Assembly (NCBI RefSeq): GCF_001194135.2
Contig: NC_068992.1
Span: 12,664,796 to 12,728,795, forward strand
DNA from: Octopus bimaculoides
Taxonomy: Eukaryota
DNA: 64,000 bases
Direction of reading: 5' to 3'
The notes under the pieces are model-generated. The model did not search any database and had not been told where the DNA came from. It was given only the letters and a program-made list of their open reading frames with translations. A program made the position numbers and the translations under genes. This document shows, piece by piece, positions 25,785 to 39,597 of this stretch. Numbering within the stretch: position 1 is the first letter of the stretch; each line of letters opens with the position of its first letter.

Positions 25785-26713
25785 CTGTAGTAAAAGCACA
25801 AGGAATGAAGTGTATTTGAAATTATTATGGCTATGTAAGCATGTTATAATGCAAATACTTTTATTAATACGGCATATGTGTACACATATCTGCATACATA
25901 TATATATGACACTGTGTCTACGTGTATNNNNNNNNNNNNNNNNNNNNNNNNNNNNNNNNNNNNNNNNNNNNNNNNNNNNNNNNNNNNNNNNNNNNNNNNN
26001 NNNNNNNNNNNNNNNNNNNNNNNNNNNNNNNNNNNNNNNNNNNNNNNNNNNNNNNNNNNNNNNNNNNNNNNNNNNNNNNNNNNNNNNNNNNNNNNNNNNN
26101 NNNNNNNNNNNNNNNACGTTAAATTTCGTATCTCTTAGTTTCACAATTCACACAGGGACTTTTTTAATAAGCGAATCCGCTAATGAAATTATTACAACTT
26201 AACATTAATATCAACATTATAAGTTGTTCGTAAGCAGACAATTTAAATTTAATAAAATTAAAAAATGAGAAACCTTGCAGAATTTGAATGGCGAAAGGAT
26301 TTGGTGAAATTTCGCAAAAGCATTTTTAAGATTAGGCAAAGACAAATTAAAATATATCATTAATATAATGCACATGTTTTTGTTAATTATTAATCTGTGC
26401 TTGTTTTCGAAAATTAATTGGAACCATTATTAAGTGATAATCTTGAAGTTATTAAACATCTTTATGCAGCTGCTTCATAATGAATAATCATTTCAGTTTA
26501 TGAAATTTTAGTAATTCTTTGAAATCTATGCATGTGTATTGTACTCAAATACTCAAATACGCGGACACACGCACACGCAGATGCACACACTCACACACGC
26601 CCAAATTAAATGTGCGCAGATACGTATAGACAAATCCAATTAAAGATGAATGTTATATATATGTACACACACACTCACACACATACATATATACATGTAC
26701 ATATTATGTGTCA

Positions 26714-26848
26714 TGGCACACCGCTGGTTACGATGATGAGGGTTCCAGTTGATCCGTTCAATGCAGCAGTGTGCTCATAAAAGTAGCGTGCAAGCGGATG
26801 TGCACTCCACAGACACGTGCACTACTAACGTAGTTCTCGTGGAGATTC
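26714..26848 (-). mobile_element. SINE family D, 3' fragment
   Basis: GGTTCCAGTTGATCCG...CTCCACAGACACGTG...TAACGTAGTTCTCG matches 24790-24920. Confidence 0.8.
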
Positions 26849-26859
26849 GTGGAGATACT

Positions 26860-27088
26860 GTCCTATATATGTGTATATTTTTCTGTGTCTGCGTTTGTAC
26901 CCCCATACCTGCTAGACAACCGATGTTGCTGTGTTTACATTCACATAACCCAGCGGTTCGGTAACAGACAATGATGGAATAAATACTAGGCTTACAAAGA
27001 AGAAATCCTGTGGTCGATATGTTCGACCAATGGCGGGGTTCCAGCATGGCTGGAGTCACGTTACTGAGAGAAGTAAAACAATAAAAAA
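26860..27088 (+). mobile_element. SINE family B, 3' half with A-rich tail
   Basis: GACAACCGATGTTG...GCGGTTCGG...CTTACAAAGA...TTCCAGCATGGC matches the 3' part of family B. Confidence 0.75.
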
Positions 27089-27554
27089 ACTATGCCATTT
27101 TAATCCTGGGCAAAGTCGGGTATCTCTCTTACTATATATATATATATATTTGTATACACACATACATCACTACATACGAGCCTATATGAATTGAATTTCA
27201 TACCAGAAGCATACATACACCACTAAACTGTGTTTCCGTAATATCATAATCAATCATGCACCAAGTATACTTCGTTGGATATTAAAAGTGATGTATACGT
27301 AACAGGCATAAAATAATGCAGTGGTGCTTTACAGTACCGTATTGCAAGGCGATTAACCGGCCACATACGCAAGAACAGCCTCAGAGCTTTTCACACCCAG
27401 TTAGCTGTTTACTCAGGCAATAGGATTTCTTTTACCAGCGAAACGAATACAGATTGTCCCACAGAGAGCGATTTTAATGCTAGATAAGTTTTTATATGCG
27501 ATTTTGTAGAAGAACTAAATAGGATCTATATATTTGAAAGCGTAAAATGTTTAC

Positions 27555-27612
27555 TTTGCATATCCATGAAATGCGAAAATGTATGTTCTGAGCTTTCTAA
27601 ACACCTTTGTCC
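27555..27612 (-). CDS. Predicted exon E4: (G)TKVFRKLRTYIFAFHGYA+AA
   Basis: Very strong acceptor TGTTTGTTTCTTTTATTTCTAG, donor AAA|GTAAAC. 58 nt, phase 1 to 2. Confidence 0.65.
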
Positions 27613-28146
27613 CTAGAAATAAAAGAAACAAACATGTATACGGACGGCAGATGACGCAAAGCCAGTTAATGTGAAAACCANNNNNNNNNNNNNNNNNNNN
27701 NNNNNNNNNNNNNNNNNNNNNNNNNNNNNNNNNNNNNNNNNNNNNNNNNNNNNNNNNNNNNNNNNNNNNNNNNNNNNNNNNNNNNNNNNNNNNNNNNNNN
27801 NNNNNNNNNNNNNNNNNNNNNNNNNNNNNNNNNNNNNNNNNNNNNNNNNNNNNNNNNNNNNNNNNNNNNNNNNNNNNNNNNNNNNNNNNNNNNNNNNNNN
27901 NNNNNNNNNNNNNNNNNNNNNNNNNNNNNNNNNNNNNNNNNNNNNNNNNNNNNNNNNNNATATATAAATAAGTGAAATACAATTCAGCTTCAATAGAAGC
28001 AAAGAAATTCAAGCATTTCGTGTTGGATGAGATAAAAATGATAATCTATTCCTTTTACGAGTAAAAAGAAGGCATAAACATTTCAAGAAAGCGAAAATCT
28101 CTCGTATCTTTTACTGGTAGGTATTTTAAGCTCCACAAAATCGTGC

Positions 28147-28255
28147 CTGATACAAATAGCGTTGAGATTTGTCGATCATTGACAAGACCAAAGAAAGTCG
28201 AAATTCCACGATATGGTGGTTTTGGTGCTGGAGGTAGCGTGGATTTATCGCTCCA
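28147..28255 (-). CDS. Predicted exon E3c: WSDKSTLPPAPKPPYRGISTFFGLVNDRQISTLFVS+G
   Basis: Strong acceptor CCCTATTTTTTTATCGCTAG. 109 nt, phase 0 to 1 if the non-canonical donor CAG|GCACGA is used. Composition is protein-like. Confidence 0.55.
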
Positions 28256-28972
28256 CTAGCGATAAAAAAATAGGGAGTCTTGCACCAAGATGCCACTACG
28301 AGAGTTTTTCTCATGGTAAATGTCGCTGATAGGTTTATCCTAATAGAACCTCCACGTTTAAGTGGGAATGAATTTTACCTCTCGGTAATAATACTGCCTC
28401 TGTCGCTAATATATATTTATTTCGTCAAAAGGTTACGGTGTGTACTTTAGCGCATAATTTGGATGATATTTTAATCAGAGAAATACACTTAATACCAATG
28501 GTATTTTGATAATATTTTAATCAGAAGAGTACACTTAAATAAAGTACCAGTTGTATAAACATTGCATTAAAGGATATACGCATATATAAGCAGTCATTGG
28601 TGAGCACAATGCCTGTTATGGTGGCCTGAAACTATGCCAACCATCTGAGTAAGTGTTGTCATATATTTCAACACCAGTTATGTTTCCTGTGGTAGTTATT
28701 CTTCGTTTAATGATAAAATTATAAATGAATCGATTTTAGGTCGTTTTCTATTCTCAATAATTGCTCTGCTTTAAGCATCGTTGCAGTAATTCTATGATGA
28801 GAACACATATAACCCCCGACAATGTTCTTAAACTTTTGATGACTGTTAAACAATGGAGATAGGAATTTATTATTTTATTAGAATTTCTTCTTAGCAACAA
28901 AGAATAATATAGAAAACGAAAGAAAAAAAAACTGACAGAAAAAAAATTAGACGAAATGATGTTAGTGGCTTC

Positions 28973-29056
<84 letters not shown>

Positions 29057-29385
29057 GAAGAAGAAGAAAAGAATCAAAAGAAGAAGAAAAGAAGGACGAA
29101 TAGGAAGAAGAAGAGGAGGATGTGGGGAGGAGGGAGTAAAAGAAGACGAAGAAGAAGGCGAAGAAGAAGGCGAAGAAGAAGAAAGAGGAGGAGGAGAAGA
29201 AGAAGAAAAAAGAAGAAGAAGAAGAAGAAGAAGAAGAAGAAGAAGAAGAAGGAAAAGAAGTAGAAGAGGAGGAGAATGAGGAGGAAAAGGAAGAAAAAGA
29301 GGGAGAAGAGAAGAAGAAGAAGAAGAAGAAGAAGAAGAAGAAGAAGAAGAAGAGGAAGTAGAGCGAGGAGAAAAAGGAGAAGAAT
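28973..29385. repeat. (TAA)n followed by an about 370-nt (GAA/GGA)-rich, nearly pure purine tract
   Basis: Read directly from the sequence. Confidence 0.95.
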
Positions 29386-31099
29386 GTGATTTACGAAGTG
29401 AATAAAGAAGATGGCAATTATGAGGAGAATAGATGAGGGTCAACTGGCGATGTTGGGTTTGATATACTACAAATAATTAAAAAAAAAATTGTGAATAGAG
29501 GAGAAAAAAATTATTGGAAAATAAATAAAAACAATTCCATTATGTATTTAAAAAGTGAACAAATATTTGCAGCACGTGAATCAAATTTATGTGAGCCATT
29601 TTGATTTTATTCTTCCATTAGAATTTAAGTCTAGCGCTAGATTATGTTCAATCCTTCTATGGCTTTTATATCGTTAGCTGCCTTGACATTCAGGCATATA
29701 GGAGAGAAATGCATGAGGCTAGTGAATTCCTTTCGTTCAAAGGATAGCATGGGCACAAGGCTTGAAATTTAGGTCGTAGCTAAGTTGGGCAATACTGCAA
29801 TTTTGCGTCAGTATATAGGTTGTTCCAACTTCAAATATAACCATAACTTGGGAATATACACCTTTTACGTTTTAGTTAGATTTAATATTTCTCTTGCACC
29901 TAGTTTATTTTCGAAATGCTTCGGTATGATTGACGCTTAGTCTTTTAATCATTGGCAAACCTTGATACTGATGCAATGTAAAAGAGACAAACACTCTTCA
30001 TGTCTGAATAATTGTAAGTGCTGTGACCGATGACCGAAGGTGGTTTGGAAACCGTTGCAGTATTATATATACTTTTATAGTACTCTGATATCCATACACA
30101 TTTATTGATATATTCGCTGTATATCCTTTCTTTGTCTTTCATCAAATTCTTGGAGAAGACCCTCAAGTCTAAATAGCCATTACTTCGTTCACATAATATA
30201 ATGTTCCGCTGGAATATTTTTGTTGACATCTGATCTATCACCTTCGTGATCATACATTCTTCGACAGTACACATGTCTTTGTCGGTGACCTCTATAGCAA
30301 CACATGATGCTTAGAGAGAAAGCGTTACTCATTTCTTGGTCTAGAGTAAAGACACACATGCAAAGGAAACCGCTGAACATGCATCAGTTTTGGGAACGAT
30401 TTGCCGAGGAAATAATTTCTTTGTCTTTTTATCATTAGAAACACCCACTATTTCGGGAGCGAAGCTGTCGTTCTGTGTTGACTTTCCGCTGATAAGAACT
30501 TATGTATTGTTTATTTTTGTTTTCTCTATTCAGAACAAGAATATGTTTGTAGTTGTTGTTTTTTTTTCTGCTCTGACTACAATTCCTCATATGCAGATTT
30601 TATATATTTAGATATTTGACTTTCATTATCTCTACTTGAGAATGGTATGTTTGGTGTATGGTACATTTTCCTAGATCCTCTATTTCAAAATTTCTGTTCC
30701 TGTTTTTAATCACTTCTCATGTGTTACAAAATTATACAATATTTTTAAAAAGGTGTATGAAGTACCTTCGTGTAACTAGAACCTATCTTTTCAATCAAAG
30801 AGAAAAGCACAAGGAAACTTTTGGAAACCAACAAAAATGTTATGCAAAATAATTAAAATGGTGATTAAAATAGATATTAACTTGCAACTGCTGACGTTTC
30901 AGCATCCCATTTGCAGAATAATCCATGTAGTGAAATAGTTTCTCCTAATAAAACTTGTTCATAATATAAAATTTATCGAATAATTTTATAGGTGCTCCGT
31001 ACACGGCAACAACAATAACAAAACCAACATCAAAAACAATGGTGACAAGAACAAAACCACTGTTAAGTACTCTAGTAAGACAAAAATATAATCAATAAA

Positions 31100-31166
31100 A
31101 ATGATGATGATGATGACGATGATGATAATGACAATGATAATGATAACGATGATTATTATTATTATT

Positions 31167-31229
<63 letters not shown>

Positions 31230-31296
31230 GTGATATTGAAAATAATAACACTACACATGAAGAAGAGCGATGATGATAATAATAATAATAATAATG

Positions 31297-31370
<74 letters not shown>
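31100..31370. repeat. Compound (GAT)n/(AAT)n microsatellite
   Basis: Read directly from the sequence. Confidence 0.95.
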
Positions 31371-31713
31371 CAATTTCTTTGTGGTATTTTTGTTTCGTCT
31401 TTAAACAGTAAATAGTTTTAAGTGTGTTCTGGTCAGACATCAAATTCTTTTCGTCCGTAGATATCTTGAATCTGTTTGGTGAAAAGGCGAATAAACATTC
31501 AGCCTGTCGCTAAGCAATGCTTGGGCATTCAGCAAATTCTTGCAAACACAAACGCCATACTAAGTCACTTTTATTATTCACTGATTTGCTTCAGAAGCCA
31601 TCTGTAAGTTTCCATTTCACTGCTTTTTCAGAAACTCTAACAGGGAAACGCAAGTGTTTATATCTGAGGTTTATAGATCAAATATATCTTATTGCTTCTT
31701 GTCATGGCCTCAC

Positions 31714-31754
31714 GATGAAATTCCGTAACCGGGTGATGTGCAGTTTTCCGTTTT
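31714..31754 (-). CDS. Candidate optional exon E3b: (E)NGKLHITRLRNFI
   Basis: Acceptor GCTTTTCTATGCCTCCCACTCGTAG, donor ATC|GTGAGG. 41 nt, phase 1 to 0, so it would bridge E3a to E3c. Confidence 0.3.
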
Positions 31755-32061
31755 CTACGAGTGGGAGGCATAGAAAAGCACACATATATAAATATATACT
31801 GTGTATAAGAGAAAGAGAGGAGTTAGAGAAAGAGAAGGAATTCATAATAAAGTAATCACATAAGAAAGAAATCAAGTTCAATGAAGAAAGATTGTGAGGT
31901 GGTAAGAATAGACGATACATGGAAAAGCAATGAGAAAGCAAAAACTAATGAAAGACAAGAGAAAATCAAAGAAGATCGAAAGAGAAAAAGAAACAAATCA
32001 AGGGAAGAAAGATATAGGAAAAGGATATCCAAAACCTTTGTTATATCGTAGCGTTCCACAG

Positions 32062-32153
<92 letters not shown>

Positions 32154-32583
32154 TGTGTGTGTATGAAAAAACAAAACTAGCTGGATAAGGATAGGAAACC
32201 ATACAAAACAGAGAAAATAAGATAATGAAATAAAGGAAACAATAACACCAATCGTACAATAAAAGTAGGAATAAATGGAAAACCAGAGTAAACTAAATAG
32301 ATGTAGTTAACGTAATGCATATAATTCTTTGCCTCTGTGGTCAATATATCTTGTCTTACATTTTTACATTCGACTAACTTCCATAAATATTCTTCGATTG
32401 CTGTTAAAGTAAAATTAAATAGATTTTAGAATTATTAAACAGGAAGGGAATTGGATTACACAAACACAGTGGCATACACCCTTCTAGTTAACTTCTTCAC
32501 AACTAAGCATTGAACTATATAATCACACATAAACAGAAAACTTATATACTTGTACACGCACACATAAATATATTTATAAATAT

Positions 32584-32632
<49 letters not shown>

Positions 32633-33452
32633 NNNNNNNNNNNNNNNNNNNNNNNNNNNNNNNNNNNNNNNNNNNNNNNNNNNNNNNNNNNNNNNNNNNN
32701 NNNNNNNNNNNNNNNNNNNNNNNNNNNNNNNNNNNNNNNNNNNNNNNNNNNNNNNNNNNNNNNNNNNNNNNNNNNNNNNNNNNNNNNNNNNNNNNNNNNN
32801 NNNNNNNNNNNNNNNNNNNNNNNNNNNNNNNNNNNNNNNNNNNNNNNNNNNNNNNNNNNNNNNNNNNNNNNNNNNNNNNNNNNNNNNNNNNNNNNNNNNN
32901 NNNNNNNNNNNNNNNNNNNNNNNNNNNNNNNNNNNNNNNNNNNNNNNNNNNNNNNNNNNNNNNNNNNNNNNNNNNNNNNNNNNNNNNNNNNNNNNNNNNN
33001 NNNNNNNNNNNNNNNNNNNNNNNNNNNNNNNNNNNNNNNNNNNNNNNNNNNNNNNNNNNNNNNNNNNNNNNNNNNNNNNNNNNNNNNNNNNNNNNNNNNN
33101 NNNNNNNNNNNNNNNNNNNNNNNNNNNNNNNNNNNNNNNNNNNNNNNNNNNNNNNNNNNNNNNNNNNNNNNNNNNNNNNNNNNNNNNNNNNNNNNNNNNN
33201 NNNNNNNNNNNNNNNNNNNNNNNNNNNNNNNNNNNNNNNNNNNNNNNNNNNNNNNNNNNNNNNNNNNNNNNNNNNNNNNNNNNNNNNNNNNNNNNNNNNN
33301 NNNNNNNNNNNNNNNNNNNNNNNNNNNNNNNNNNNNNNNNNNNNNNNNNNNNNNNNNNNNNNNNNNNNNNNNNNNNNNNNNNNNNNNNNNNNNNNNNNNN
33401 NNNNNNNNNNNNNNNNNNNNNNNNNNNNNNNNNNNNNNNNNNNNNNNNNNNN

Positions 33453-33486
<34 letters not shown>

Positions 33487-35009
33487 TGCATACATACACA
33501 GCCACACCGATGCTCTTTTTATAGCGACCAAATATTTGTGTTCACAGAAGCTCAGTCCCGCTATCAAATTGATATTACCTGTGCAGATGCACCATGTGGC
33601 ACATGTCTGTGTATATGTGTGAGTTTCTGTGTGTGTGTGTGTATGTGTGTGTGTGTGTGTGTGTGTGCATTAATGACAAAGTATTAATAAAAGGAGGTAA
33701 TATTCTTCCACACTGAAACGTGGGTATGCTGCAAGGCCACAATATTCTGCCGCAGTTGCCATCAGAGAAATTCTGATATTGGCTTTTGGTGCAGAATGGA
33801 TTCATGCTTACACCGCTAGCGGGCACATAAAGCCCCACCAATCCAGCGCCGAAATAACCAGATCATGTGATTTTGACCTGCATTGGTTTTGTCAATGATG
33901 GATGCTTGACCGCTAGAGATAACAACGACTCATTTCCACCAGCATTATATATATATTCCATACGAGCATATAAGCAGAAAGAAGTATAAATGCTTTGGTC
34001 CCGATCAATATAAGAGGCATAGATTGAAATTCTCTTACTTCAGCATTAGCTGAACTACAAATGCATACTCTTAACTCGGAAGGTTTTGAAAGTTGTATTA
34101 GTTTCATTACGGTGTTATTAGTTTACAGATAGCCGTGTAGCTTGACAGTGCTAAAACTACGTCGTTCTTTCACAAACAATATTTCTCGACGCTGAAATAT
34201 GTAAAATATGACTTAGAAATTTAAAGATTCTGGTATATAATTCCAGCATTGTTTGTGCCAGCCTAATATTGATTTTAAAATTTAAAATTTCTTTCCCTAA
34301 AATACAAATAAAATGTTGGTGATTGTAATACAAAATATTTATTCATCGAACAAAGGAATCCTACAGAAAATTTTAGGTTTCCCTATTTGGCTTTTGATCA
34401 TGGTTTATCGCATAAATTTCAATACAACAGGTAAAATGTAAAGAAATAGAATGGTAAAACATAAACAATATCAAGACATGCGCGATGTGCTGACTTTTTA
34501 TGGCTTCAAACAATAAACCAAAATTTCTTTTGATTTCCTGATGTACCCATTTGTACTAACTTTTTTTTAATATTAGGAATATTACGACCATGCAGCTTAC
34601 ACTTTAAAATTTATACTGATACTTAAATGTAAAATATGCAAAGAATGCAATTTGAATTCTATAAAATTATTTATTTATGCATTTATTTTTATTGTTGCTT
34701 GCTATTCATTGATATATATNNNNNNNNNNNNNNNNNNNNNNNNNNNNNNNNNNNNNNNNNNNNNNNNNNNNNNNNNNNNNNNNNNNNNNNNNNNNNNNNN
34801 NNNNNNNNNNNNNNNNNNNNNNNNNNNNNNNNNNNNNNNNNNNNNNNNNNNNNNNNNNNNNNNNNNNNNNNNNNNNNNNNNNNNNNNNNNNNNNNNNNNN
34901 NNNNNNNNNNNNNNNNNNNNNNNNNNNNNNNNNNNNNNNNNNNNNNNNNNNNNNNNNNNNNNNNNNNNNNNNNNNNNNNNNNNNNNNNNNNNNNNNNNNN
35001 NNNNNNNNN

Positions 35010-35045
<36 letters not shown>

Positions 35046-36580
35046 CGTATATACATATATACATCTGTACGTGAACGTGTGTGTATGTTTGTGTGTTCAG
35101 GAATCCTTCATCCGCACATTCTATGTTCAAATGTATCAAACAACAAAGGACGAACATTTCTAAATTACCTTGCACTCTGCGTATAATAAATCTAAGTAAC
35201 TCTCTGTCGATTCTTTTGAATAACAATGAAGACTATGATATGTATTCCTTTAGAAAGGAAGTACTTTATGAATTTCTTTTTCACGAAACATGCGAAGATA
35301 GCAAAATTTGTGTTTCATTGCGTAAGACTTTCAATTCTTTCATTTTTTAATTTATTCTTTATTTCCTATATTTATGTTGTGAATCTCTAGCGATATTATC
35401 TTGAACGAGAAGTAAGACGAACGAAACTTAACAATAGATTTGTAATCATTTATTTGCATTGGGTTATTTTAAAATTGCTTATTCTTCTACAAAATCAAAC
35501 TCCGTCAACTTCATTTATTTACAGGTTTATACTAATCACCACCATTTGTAGTGTTTGTTTCAATTTTTTTTATATATCTTATGCCGTACCCGTTGTTTTT
35601 TTGTTAACTTTGCACACCCCACTGATGCGCATTTATACAAGCATACACACACGCCTATATATNNNNNNNNNNNNNNNNNNNNNNNNNNNNNNNNNNNNNN
35701 NNNNNNNNNNNNNNNNNNNNNNNNNNNNNNNNNNNNNNNNNNNNNNNNNNNNNNNNNNNNNNNNNNNNNNNNNNNNNNNNNNNNNNNNNNNNNNNNNNNN
35801 NNNNNNNNNNNNNNNNNNNNNNNNNNNNNNNNNNNNNNNNNNNNNNNNNNNNNNNNNNNNNNNNNNNNNNNNNNNNNNNNNNNNNNNNNNNNNNNNNNNN
35901 NNNNNNNNNNNNNNNNNNNNNNNNNNNNNNNNNNNNNNNNNNNNNNNNNNNNNNNNNNNNNNNNNNNNNNNNNNNNNNNNNNNNNNNNNNNNNNNNNNNN
36001 NNNNNNNNNNNNNNNNNNNNNNNNNNNNNNNNNNNNNNNNNNNNNNNNNNNNNNNNNNNNNNNNNNNNNNNNNNNNNNNNNNNNNNNNNNNNNNNNNNNN
36101 NNNNNNNNNNNNNNNNNNNNNNNNNNNNNNNNNNNNNNNNNNNNNNNNNNNNNNNNNNNNNNNNNNNNNNNNNNNNNNNNNNNNNNNNNNNNNNNNNNNN
36201 NNNNNNNNNNNNNNNNNNNNNNNNNNNNNNNNNNNNNNNNNNNNNNNNNNNNNNNNNNNNNNNNNNNNNNNNNNNNNNNNNNNNNNNNNNNNNNNNNNNN
36301 NNNNNNNNNNNNNNNNNNNNNNNNNNNNNNNNNNNNNNNNNNNNNNNNNNNNNNNNNNNNNNNNNNNNNNNNNNNNNNNNNNNNNNNNNNNNNNNNNNNN
36401 NNNNNNNNNNNNNNNNNNNNNNNNNNNNNNNNNNNNNNNNNNNNNNNNNNNNNNNNNNNNNNNNNNNNNNNNNNNNNNNNNNNNNNNNNNNNNNNNNNNN
36501 NNNNNNNNNNNNNNNNNNNNNNNNNNNNNNNNNNNNNNNNNNNNNNNNNNNNNNNNNNNNNNNNNNNNNNNNNNNNNNNN

Positions 36581-36623
<43 letters not shown>

Positions 36624-38386
36624 ATATATGTAGCTAGATAGATATTACGCATGCATATATATACATGCGTACATGTGTACCTTGAATATGTTATATATGT
36701 GTATATGTATATGTGTTCATATGCATACATACATAACTTCCAGACTCATACGCAAGCGTACAGACACACATACATATATAAACAATTAAAAAACAGTACT
36801 TAAATAATGTCATCGATTCTTATTGTCCTTGCGCTCGAGCGACTTTTCAAAATACTGTCGAGTAATTGTCTTCAAGTTTAAATTTCAATAAGAAGTGACA
36901 CGTTTAATGTATAAATGTCAAATTATCGTGAATTTAATATTTTCTAACTTTAACATTTAGATTATTTTTAAATATCTACATATTGATGCTTCGTCCAGTA
37001 TTTAATGCATGTTAATTCAATTGTATTGAAATATCAACTGTACATAAGAAAAAAATGTTTTACCGTTTAAGCTTTACATAAAAATATTGCTGATGACACA
37101 TTGTGACTGGAGATTTTGTTGTCGCTCACGTTCTTATCAAAATACCTTGTATTACATTATATTTGTGGGGCAATAATTCCGTTATCACTTTCGTTTTTCT
37201 GTCATATCTGTAAATATTCGGTTAAATTTTATTAATTACCTAAGATAATGTTGGGACTGGGATGAGTGAGTGTGTTGTTTTTTTCGCATTTTGATACGAT
37301 TCAATTATTAACACATTTTAATATATAAGATGCCTAACTCTCCTTTCTTTTCTTGATAACATTTGTTATTTAAAGCTAATGATATATTAGAAATCTAATT
37401 TGAATTAATAGTTAAAGATTCGTTCATATTTGATTAACGAGACAATGTGATTTTACTTATTTTGTGAAATGATTTATGATACGAATTTTATGATATTTGG
37501 TTGAAACCGTGTGCATCTTTCACCTTTAATAACTCGTTTATATTCAACTTGAAAATATTCTGTTCATCATTAATAAAGATAAATGAACGCTGGTGACTAA
37601 TTTTATTCCAAAGTATTGTAATAAAGGTTAAATAGAGAGAACTTTTAATTGACATGACATGGCGAATAACCATAAGCCAGTCAACGACCCAGTGAGAAGG
37701 TGCCTTACATTCCCTGCCTGTCAGAAATAGAAGCTAATTCCATAAAATCACATATTTGCTGTATTGATGTATGTACAAAAATTAATGACACTCAAGGTCA
37801 GACAGTCTTTCAATATAGGTCTGAGCAAGTAGCACTCAAATGAGAACAACAACAGCATGAATAAATCTACGAAAATGGATTTTACCAAGACTAAAACTGG
37901 TTTATATTGTTCAAACATGAATTTGTCCCTTCAGGCTTGTGTTGTGAAATAAAAACTTTTTCTTATCTAACACCACCGTTCTTCAAAGTACGAATCCTGT
38001 GCATTATTAATAATGATAAATGAATGCTGGTTTAGTAAGTAACTAATTTTATTCGAAGTTAATATTGTAAAGTATCATTACAAACTCTTTAATTCAGATG
38101 ACATGGAGAATAAGAATGAAGTGTTCTATTTTGTGTCCACATACACTACAATAGGTAAATGAGAATGGAAACTGCTAGCGAAAATCTCCTAAGTAGTACG
38201 CCACAGTAAGGGGGGAGGCTAAACACGATGAATAATTGTGTTTAAAAAAGAAGAGCAAATACGACAGTTACTAGAGCTACTGCCGGTGTAAAAGATTCGA
38301 TAAAAATTCTTGCGCTGATCTCCTTAAGTTTTTCGTTAATTACTTAGCAATTTCCTATAAATGATTTTTAATATAGTGAATTTTGA

Positions 38387-38548
38387 AGGGGAGCGATCTG
38401 GCAGAATCATTGGCGCGCCATTGAGGTTGATTTTGACTTTCCTCCTTTTGATGTTGACAAAATGAGTAGTGGTTGAGCACATTGGTCGATGTCTTCAACT
38501 TAGCCCTGTTCCAAATTTGTTGGCTTTGTGCTAAAATTTGAAACCAGT
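38387..38548 (+). mobile_element. SINE family C, internally deleted and decayed copy
   Basis: Head GCGATCTGGCAGAATCATTGGCGCGCC is joined directly to the core; tail GTGCTAAAATTTGAAACC. Confidence 0.6.
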
Positions 38549-38961
38549 ACAATTTTGAATCTTTGTAGAATGCTTCGAGTTAATTTTACCTAAACTTTTG
38601 TACATGACATATCTTAAACAGCATCACACATGACGAAATTGGAACGAATGTAAAATTGATTTTTATAGCAGAGTGTTTCCGTCGATGATACATGTTCTGT
38701 CCTTTTCTGGAAACAATAATATTTATACCTATAAGATTCGTGTCGAGAATGATTTGACAAACATTTGTTGCTACGCGTCCCCTGCCTACCTTAATATATT
38801 TCGCAGATAACTCTAAATATTCAGTGTGATTTTACATGCATTATTTCTTTGAGTATTTTGTTATGTTAGCAAAAGAACAGAAATACAAAGTAATTCTCTG
38901 CAGATATATGCCATGTCAAGCGAACTCGAATGATGCACACCTATATATATATGTGTGCGTC

Positions 38962-39046
<85 letters not shown>

Positions 39047-39304
39047 CATATGTGTATGTATGCATGTATGTATGTATGTATGTGTGTGTGTGTCTCTGTG
39101 TGTGTATCAAAAGCTTGCTAGCATAGCAAATCCTACATGCTGATATAATACGCAGTATTCTATGGTAAGCAGGTTTTACCAATTACAATAAAACTAAGAT
39201 GAAAAAATGAATATTAGGATATATTTATTGATGACAGCAAATTCGTTTATTTTGCATAATGTGTATTTATATATGTGCATGTATGCCTGTGTGTATTTAT
39301 AAAC

Positions 39305-39349
<45 letters not shown>

Positions 39350-39597
39350 TGTGTGTATATATAAATATATGCGCGGGTTTGTACACTTGTATATATATAT
39401 ATTTATGTAGGGGGAGAAGGGGTATATAAATGCACAAACCGACAGAGAGACAGAGGGAAAAAGAGAATAAAGAAAACTGAATGGGAATAGAAATAAATTG
39501 ACGTATGTGATATTTCCCATTGGTATAAAAAAACATTTATTTGTCATAACAAATGAATATTTATGTGTTCCAGGCTACAAATGAAATCAAACAATAC

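Noticed and set aside
28754-29443. 229-aa S/L/F-rich ORF and similar poly-amino-acid ORFs (5072, 16389, 30986, 31101, 44292, 51859)
   Set aside because: Trinucleotide microsatellite translations with no splice or codon support.
37717-37725. 9-nt micro-exon candidate GCAGGGAAT with strong flanking sites
   Set aside because: It creates TAA when joined to E3b and has no independent support.
37565-38112. Diverged local duplication of about 100 bp, and a 38-bp-period duplication at 43081-43156
   Set aside because: Ordinary old tandem duplications with no functional signal.
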